A DNA stretch of 64,000 nt, taken from the NCBI GenBank assembly GCA_965645245.1, contig OZ287067.1, forward strand, positions 2,232,001 through 2,296,000, given 5' to 3'. Positions 58,222 through 64,000 of the stretch are shown piece by piece (position 1 is the first letter of the stretch; the number at the start of each line of letters is the position of its first letter). The position numbers and the translations under genes were made by a program. Source of the stretch: Massalongia carnosa. Its lineage: Eukaryota. The notes beneath the pieces are model-generated. The model did no database searches. It had not been told where the DNA came from and saw only the letters and a program-made list of their open reading frames with translations.

Positions 58222-60746
58222 ATCGTCGGCTCGCTTACCTCCGGGATCCGACTTGAAAAAATGTCGACCGCATTTTAGTCGGGGAAAGCGGTTGCATCCC
58301 GGAAAGCGGTTGCATCCCCCCAAATTCAAATTTCTTCACCTTTTTGATTATTGACCAACAACCACATTGATTAAAAATCAGCCGATACCGTACATAGCTT
58401 GAAAATTATTTCTCCGACCCAACTGATCATCAATTCAAATTCTTTCCTCTCGAATCAATCCCCCAAACCAATCTCCCCTTTCGTATCATGGATAACGACG
58501 CCTCCCTTGTCTCCACTCTCAACCCCATGGAAAAATTGGAAAAGGCGAAGGAATTTCTGACAAATCATCCCAAAGAAAGTAAAACGACTGCAGCTAGAAT
58601 CTACAATATCAACGTCAAAACTTTGACGTCTTCCATTCGTCGACCAGAAGGGAGGAAAAATGGAGGACAAAATCAGATACTGAGGGAGCATGAGGCAAGG
58701 TCAATTACTGGCTTTATTAAGTCCTTATTGATGCATGGAATTCTTCCTACACATCAGATGGTTTTCAAGGCTATTGTAAGTCTGAAAAAGGCCCATAACC
58801 CCCTCGAGGTAGGCCCGTCAAGAAGATGGTTTCGGAGCTGGTGGAAATGTAACAAACTTCATAAAATAAAGACAAAACCACTAGCAATGATTCGTTATGA
58901 AGCTGCCCAAGAATCAGATGTGATAGAATGGTTTGAAAGGTATAGAGAGGTGTTGAAAGAGTTGAAAATTCGAAAAAGTCGGAACATTTTGAACTTTGAT
59001 GAAGCTGGTTTTCGGGTTGGATGCATGAGGGGTCAGGAAATCATTGTTCCTGAGGAAATCAAACAATTCTACGCCGTCAGCCCGGAAAATCGCAGATCTG
59101 CGACAGTTATTGAGACTATCAATGCTGCCGGCGACTATCCCCCCCCTCCAATGATCATCGTACAGGGTCATGACATCATGGCCACATGGTTTTTAGAAGG
59201 TGTGCCCTCGAACAGTGGTTTTACATCTGATAAGATAGCAATTGAATATTTGAAGCATCTTATCAAACATACAAATGCAGGACCTGATGCGGAATGGCAA
59301 TTATTGCTGATGGATAATCATGGCAGTCATACAACCCCTGAATTTTCACTTTTGGCCAATGAGAATCGCATTCGACCCTTTCCCTTTATACCGCATTTAA
59401 CTCATTGCATGCAACCATTGGATGTGGGCGTATTTCAGCCTTATAAGCATTGGCATTGCAAAGCTATTGAGGAAGTCGTTGCGTCGTCATTTGTCGAGTA
59501 TTCTCTGTCTCAATTTATACAGGACTTGACCAAAATCAGAAATCATACATTCAAGACTTCTACGATTCGGCATGCATTTGAAAAGTCGGGAATGTGGCCG
59601 ATTGATCCAAAGGCATGCATTCGTCAGCTGAAAAATTTCAATCCCAATGATCCCAATGATTCATTAAACAGTCTGAATAATGAGCCCTCATTACCTCTAC
59701 CCCTACCTCATCAAATCCAACCGACAAAAGTAGCTGACATTGAGTATGGTTTGAGTCAATGGGGACCGAAAATCAGAAAATCCATGCAATGGAGTGATCC
59801 CGCTCGGGCTGAGGAATGGGACTCATTTGTAGACAATACAAATGAAGTTGTTTCGAATGCGATTATCGATGGCACGGAGCTGGAAATGCATCGAGAATCC
59901 AGAAGAAGTCAGTTAAATAACAGACGAATATCTCGTAAACGTCTGAGACCAGAAACCGGAAGATTGGGAATCACAGCGGAAGATGCAAAGCAGGCTATAG
60001 CCATCAGACTACAACAGGATCAAGAGGCTGAGGAGAAACGAGCGAATAATAGCTTCATGAAGCTATGGCGAATAGAAAGAGACGAAATGCATGTCAAGGG
60101 ATTGGCTGCTCGAAAAGCAGAAAGAGATCGAGTTAAACAGCTGAAAGAAATGCAGAAAATGCTCGGTCCCATTCCAATTAAGATGTATGAGAAGATTCCT
60201 GACCCCGAGGCATTATGGAAGGCCACGAATGAGGTATGGATAGCTGAGGAAGCGAAGAAGGAAATTAGAAAGAATCCGCGTGCCAATGTCAATGAGGAAG
60301 ATGTCACGTTTATCGTAGATAGCACTGGTCATGGAGATAATTCAATCCTTCCAGATCTTCCAGAAGGAGAAACATGGCTACGAGAGGATTTCGTATCTTT
60401 CGATTTGGAAGAATCATTGAAAGAATTCGATTCGGAAGCATCTTTTCAACCAGGAGATGCGAATGATTGTTAGAATGCGGGGTATGCGGGGTATGCGGAG
60501 TAAGCGGAGAATCACGAGGGTCAGGGGGTCAGGGGAGTCAAGGGAAATGATTTTGACGACGGTGATGATGACGGCGATGATTTTCAAGCTATGTACGGTA
60601 TCGGCTGATTTTTAATCAATGTGGTTGTTGGTCAATGATCAAAAAGATGAAGAAATTTGAATTTGGGGGGATGCAACCGCTTTCCCCGACTAAAATGCGG
60701 TCGACATTTTTTCAAGTCGGATCCCGGAGGTAAGCAAGCCGACGAT
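58222..60746 (+). mobile_element. pogo/Fot1-family DNA transposon with long TIRs
   Basis: TA at 58220-58221 and 60747-60748; near-identical TIRs at 58222-58406 and 60580-60746 beginning ATCGTCGGCT. Confidence 0.95.
58488..60473 (+). CDS. pogo/Fot1 DD35D transposase (661 aa, open)
   Basis: N-terminal HTH (TAARIYNINVKTL), NFDEAGF, ENRRSATVIETINAAG, LLLMDNHGSH then 35 residues to QPLDVGVFQPYKH, IRHAFEKSGMWP. Confidence 0.93.
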   Translation: MDNDASLVSTLNPMEKLEKAKEFLTNHPKESKTTAARIYNINVKTLTSSIRRPEGRKNGGQNQILREHEARSITGFIKSLLMHGILPTHQMVFKAIVSLKKAHNPLEVGPSRRWFRSWWKCNKLHKIKTKPLAMIRYEAAQESDVIEWFERYREVLKELKIRKSRNILNFDEAGFRVGCMRGQEIIVPEEIKQFYAVSPENRRSATVIETINAAGDYPPPPMIIVQGHDIMATWFLEGVPSNSGFTSDKIAIEYLKHLIKHTNAGPDAEWQLLLMDNHGSHTTPEFSLLANENRIRPFPFIPHLTHCMQPLDVGVFQPYKHWHCKAIEEVVASSFVEYSLSQFIQDLTKIRNHTFKTSTIRHAFEKSGMWPIDPKACIRQLKNFNPNDPNDSLNSLNNEPSLPLPLPHQIQPTKVADIEYGLSQWGPKIRKSMQWSDPARAEEWDSFVDNTNEVVSNAIIDGTELEMHRESRRSQLNNRRISRKRLRPETGRLGITAEDAKQAIAIRLQQDQEAEEKRANNSFMKLWRIERDEMHVKGLAARKAERDRVKQLKEMQKMLGPIPIKMYEKIPDPEALWKATNEVWIAEEAKKEIRKNPRANVNEEDVTFIVDSTGHGDNSILPDLPEGETWLREDFVSFDLEESLKEFDSEASFQPGDANDC

Positions 60747-61219
60747 TAGAAGCTAGACTACTAGATAGACAATTAACATATTTAGCTAAAGAAATATTTA
60801 TTTTGATCAGATCTAATGCTGAAGAGTCGTTGGCTGATCGAGTTCTTTTCATGCTTCGACGTTGTTATGGTATTCCTTTGCTCTTGAAAGGATTGATTGA
60901 AATAGGGAAACGTACTAAAGCGGCCCGTAGCCCTTCCTTCCTAGAGAATCCACAGCGTACGAAGTAAACATTTTGTCACTAGTTTTGGCATCATGGACGT
61001 TTTTGCTTTTCTTTTCTTTTCTTCTTTTCTTTCTTGCAATATTTCAGTAAAGTTAGCCTCTGATCAAGACGCCTATAATCTCAGAAACTCAATAGTCTAG
61101 AGCAATCCAGTTAGCAAGTACATCGCCTACGACTGTATGACCCCGTACCCACTTTTACCTTTAAGTGAGTTTGACAGCAGCAATTCTAAAACTCAAAGCC
61201 GGCTGAGATTGTTTTGTAG

Positions 61220-61887
61220 ATGCCTTCTGATAAAGACCGTCTCAACGTTGCTCCACACGCCCGAGGAGGTTTAGCAAAAATGCCAGAGAAAGAGGATACG
61301 TAAGTTTTGCAGGTCAATGCCCTATGACAAAATCATAGTTCTCTTTGCTCTACGCTTCTCTATCTCAGGTGGAAGGCTGCTAGAGTTGACTTTGTGAGAA
61401 TTATGCTAAATAGCTGGTGCTCTTTAGCTACCACTGGGCACTGATTGTTGGCCCGAAAACGGAAAACCTAAACTCTCAAGGAAAGCGATTTCACGTAAAA
61501 AATGCGGACTTTAATTTGGCTCCCCTCCAATGGAAATTTGAAGAGGTAGGAATCCCTCTTATAGCCACAGCGATGCTGATAGTTCGAGTCCTGGTGGGGA
61601 AGGTCGAAAATATGGAACGTCTTCAAGACACCCTCCGCCTTGTATCAGTACTCCAGAATGATCCAGCTTAGAATTGTGTTGTTTGGGTTCAAAGCGCATT
61701 AGAGGCTTTACAAATAGATGCGAAGGCGATGGGGGCTTCTCAACTAGAATGGAAAACGATAAGGAACGAGGCGATGAGCTATTGCAATAAAAAACTAAGG
61801 CAAGGCCGCTTTGATGGCTCACAGAAATTCGATATGTCATGGCCTCCAACGTATGACATACTTGAAGGACAGGAAAAAATCATCTAA
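61220..61887 (+). pseudogene. DUF6914-like small fungal protein with a premature stop (exons 61220-61299, 61428-61887)
   Basis: MPSDKDRLNVAPHARGG...EDT|YHWALIVGPK...RFHVKN...MLIVRVLVGKV...DPA*NCVVWVQSALEAL...PPTYDILEGQEKII. TAG at 61669-61671 sits at the W of the family WNCVxWV motif. Confidence 0.78.
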
Positions 61888-62826
61888 AGGCGGGTCTGGT
61901 GACTCATCTGGATCCGATGAGGAACAAAGAATGGCCAAACCAAGTGTACTTGCTGGATTTTCTGTTCGGTACTAGTCAGAGTGACAACTTCCTTCAGCCT
62001 TCAGAGTATTTCAGCTAGCGCTGAAGTCTTTCGCTAACATTTAAAGCATCAAACTTTTATGGAGCCACCTTTTAAGTTTCATACTGTATAAATGAATATA
62101 AAAAAAATACCTCCTACCCTTTATGTTCTGCACCTGAAGCCTCTCTTTTGTTATCCTACTAGCAGTCCAGCTATTTGATACAAGATAGCTAAACCTTGCT
62201 ATCAACAGTACGGAGTATAGAGTAATCCACCACCCAACTTACCACTCCTGTACATTTATACGCTTCTTGTCCCACAATGTTTCAATGTGACGTGCTGAGC
62301 TTGTTAATTGACTAAATATTTGACTTCAGCGAGAGATTATTAGCTAAAAATATCTAAATAGTAAAAACGCACCTCTCACCTTATTTCAAATCTTGCATAA
62401 AATTTTAGCTTGAAGTGAGAGAGCAAAAAAGAATGATTCGATAGTGTGCGATACAAACTGAAGATCGACATCGGGGTTTTGTGGTCATTGTCTGTTGATT
62501 AGTTCGAGGCGAAGTCAGATATTCAGGCAATGAAGATGTTCAACATGGCATAGCCAAGCTTTGTTGTAATGATGGATATTGATGAGTTTTGAACTGTACA
62601 CTATTTATTAAAAACTTCAAACTAAATGTTGGTGCCTAAATGACCGGTGGATTACTTACTATTGTACTCAGTTGACATCGTAATGGAGGGTTACCAAATA
62701 GTCTTCAAGATAATCAGCAGCAAATAGGCTCTTCCTAAAGGACTTTGAAAACTCGACCTGACACCGAGAAAAATGGCCACACCAGGTGGTTATCATAAAC
62801 GGCCTGAACTTGCTGGATACCTTCGA

Positions 62827-63690
62827 CTAAGGGATATCGCCAAAATATTTATCGCGAAGCCTGTCCATAGCCAACTCCTAAGGGAATGATTCCAGGAATC
62901 TCTCGATCTCATTTCGCCAGAACAGGTTCCGAGGGTTGACATTGCAAGCCGTCGCGTATTCCCAATAGTGGGGATACCAGCCCGCCGTCTCCCAATCGAT
63001 AATCCCCACAACATTATCTCCACGCGCAAGGACGTTCAAGCTGCTCAGATCGCCATGCGTAAAGCAAGGAACAGGCCAGATCCCATTGTGCAGAGCAATG
63101 AGCTCATTCACCTCGAGCTTATTGTCAGGACTGGTTTCGACTCCATTACGCAAATACCGATGAAACTCTTGGATCGTCTTGAAAGGTCCGAATCGTTCCA
63201 ACGGACTAGGAAGCCGGCAATCCCAGAGTGTCCCTCCATCCACACTCTCCACACCAATATTATTAGGTCGTGGTATGCTTCGCATCTCCTCCACCATGGT
63301 TTTCAGCTGATGTAATATCCTCGACTTTGAATCCTCCGACCGGCGCGCCCATTGATGACCCAACATCAATCCATCTATTCTCTGCATAACAATGTAGGTG
63401 TCTTTTCCCCGTTTAAAGGAGCAGTGAATCTTGGGTACCGGGATTGACGTATTCTGTGCAATGAATTGGATCGTGGCCGCCTCGGAAAGATCTCGGAAAG
63501 ATCCGTACTTAACACAAAGGTTGCGGGTAAGGAAGAGAACCCCGCCGCAGCGACGAGAACGGTGGCGCCGGAAAAGCTTGATAGCGGCAATGGTAAGCAT
63601 GCGATTGGCCCATGTATTATTGATAGGTTTCGACTCGGAGACTTCCCCCCATGATGAGAAGTTATAACGAGTTACATCGAGAATGACCAT
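62827..63690 (-). pseudogene. APH/choline-kinase-like phosphotransferase with a probable premature stop near the C-terminus (may still yield a truncated protein)
   Basis: VKYG...EAATIQFIAQNTSIPVPKI, FTHGDLSSLNVL, IIDWETAGWYPHYWEY. After TAG at 62880-62878 the frame continues ELAMDRLRDKYFGDIP*, resembling this family's usual C-terminus. Confidence 0.8.
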
Positions 63691-64000
63691 GATTTGTTGC
63701 AATTTACGAGTACAATACCAGATGTATAGATTACAGAGCGCACTACCTTAGATTGTATCTGTTTTATCGTATTAACGGAGGATACATACAAATGATACTG
63801 TACTCCCTACAGAGTCAAATACCAATCTACGACACAAGCTTGATGAAAATTTTCCTTTTCCACTCAATCACCTTTAAAGTCTCTCCAGATCAGTCTATCG
63901 TTTTCTATTTCATGATTCCAAGACATTCCCGCTAATATTTAGTCAGAGTCATATTCTTTTCGTGTCGCTGATGGATGATATAATTGTCATGTCGATTTCA

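Noticed and set aside
46000..64000. Starship or other giant mobile element carrying cargo genes
   Set aside because: No tyrosine-recombinase captain or element boundary is visible in this window; independent TE insertions explain the content.
1..64000. tRNA or rRNA genes
   Set aside because: GTTCGA-like T-loop matches (e.g. ~6458, ~24177, ~26478) lack cloverleaf context; no rRNA-like sequence recognised.

Overview
Eukaryotic DNA from a filamentous ascomycete (Pezizomycotina), judged from short GT-AG introns with CTAAC/CTGAC-type branch points and from typical fungal gene families. Bases 1-46,000 are mostly intron-containing housekeeping genes: PSF2, a CUE-domain membrane protein, the RGS protein FlbA/Rgs1 behind a ~7 kb gene-poor upstream region, SMC2, Rab-GDI, mitoribosomal uL29m, NOT2, a metallo-beta-lactamase-fold hydrolase, DHODH, a C2H2 transcription factor, NDUFA5, an Eps1-like PDI and QCR10. 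A zf-MYND pseudogene also lies here. Bases 46,000-64,000 are an accessory, transposon-rich zone: a decayed Tc1/mariner element, a decayed Pro-rich gene, a MULE with an intact transposase abutting a 5'-truncated Tad-like LINE, one small conserved gene, a pogo/Fot1 element with very long TIRs, and two genes broken by single TAG stops. I found no clear-cut new enzymatic or defence system. The best leads are: (1) GC-rich, microsatellite-dense islands with alternating C-rich/G-rich blocks, about every 13-16 kb and at all three convergent junctions between core genes; (2) long G.U-rich hairpins in some longer introns; (3) a possible spliced, non-AUG N-terminal extension of FlbA and an in-frame open first intron of NOT2; (4) a repeated TACGGAGTA motif upstream of regulatory genes; (5) RIP-like stops in apparently non-TE genes. 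All exon boundaries and family calls were made by eye, without database searches.
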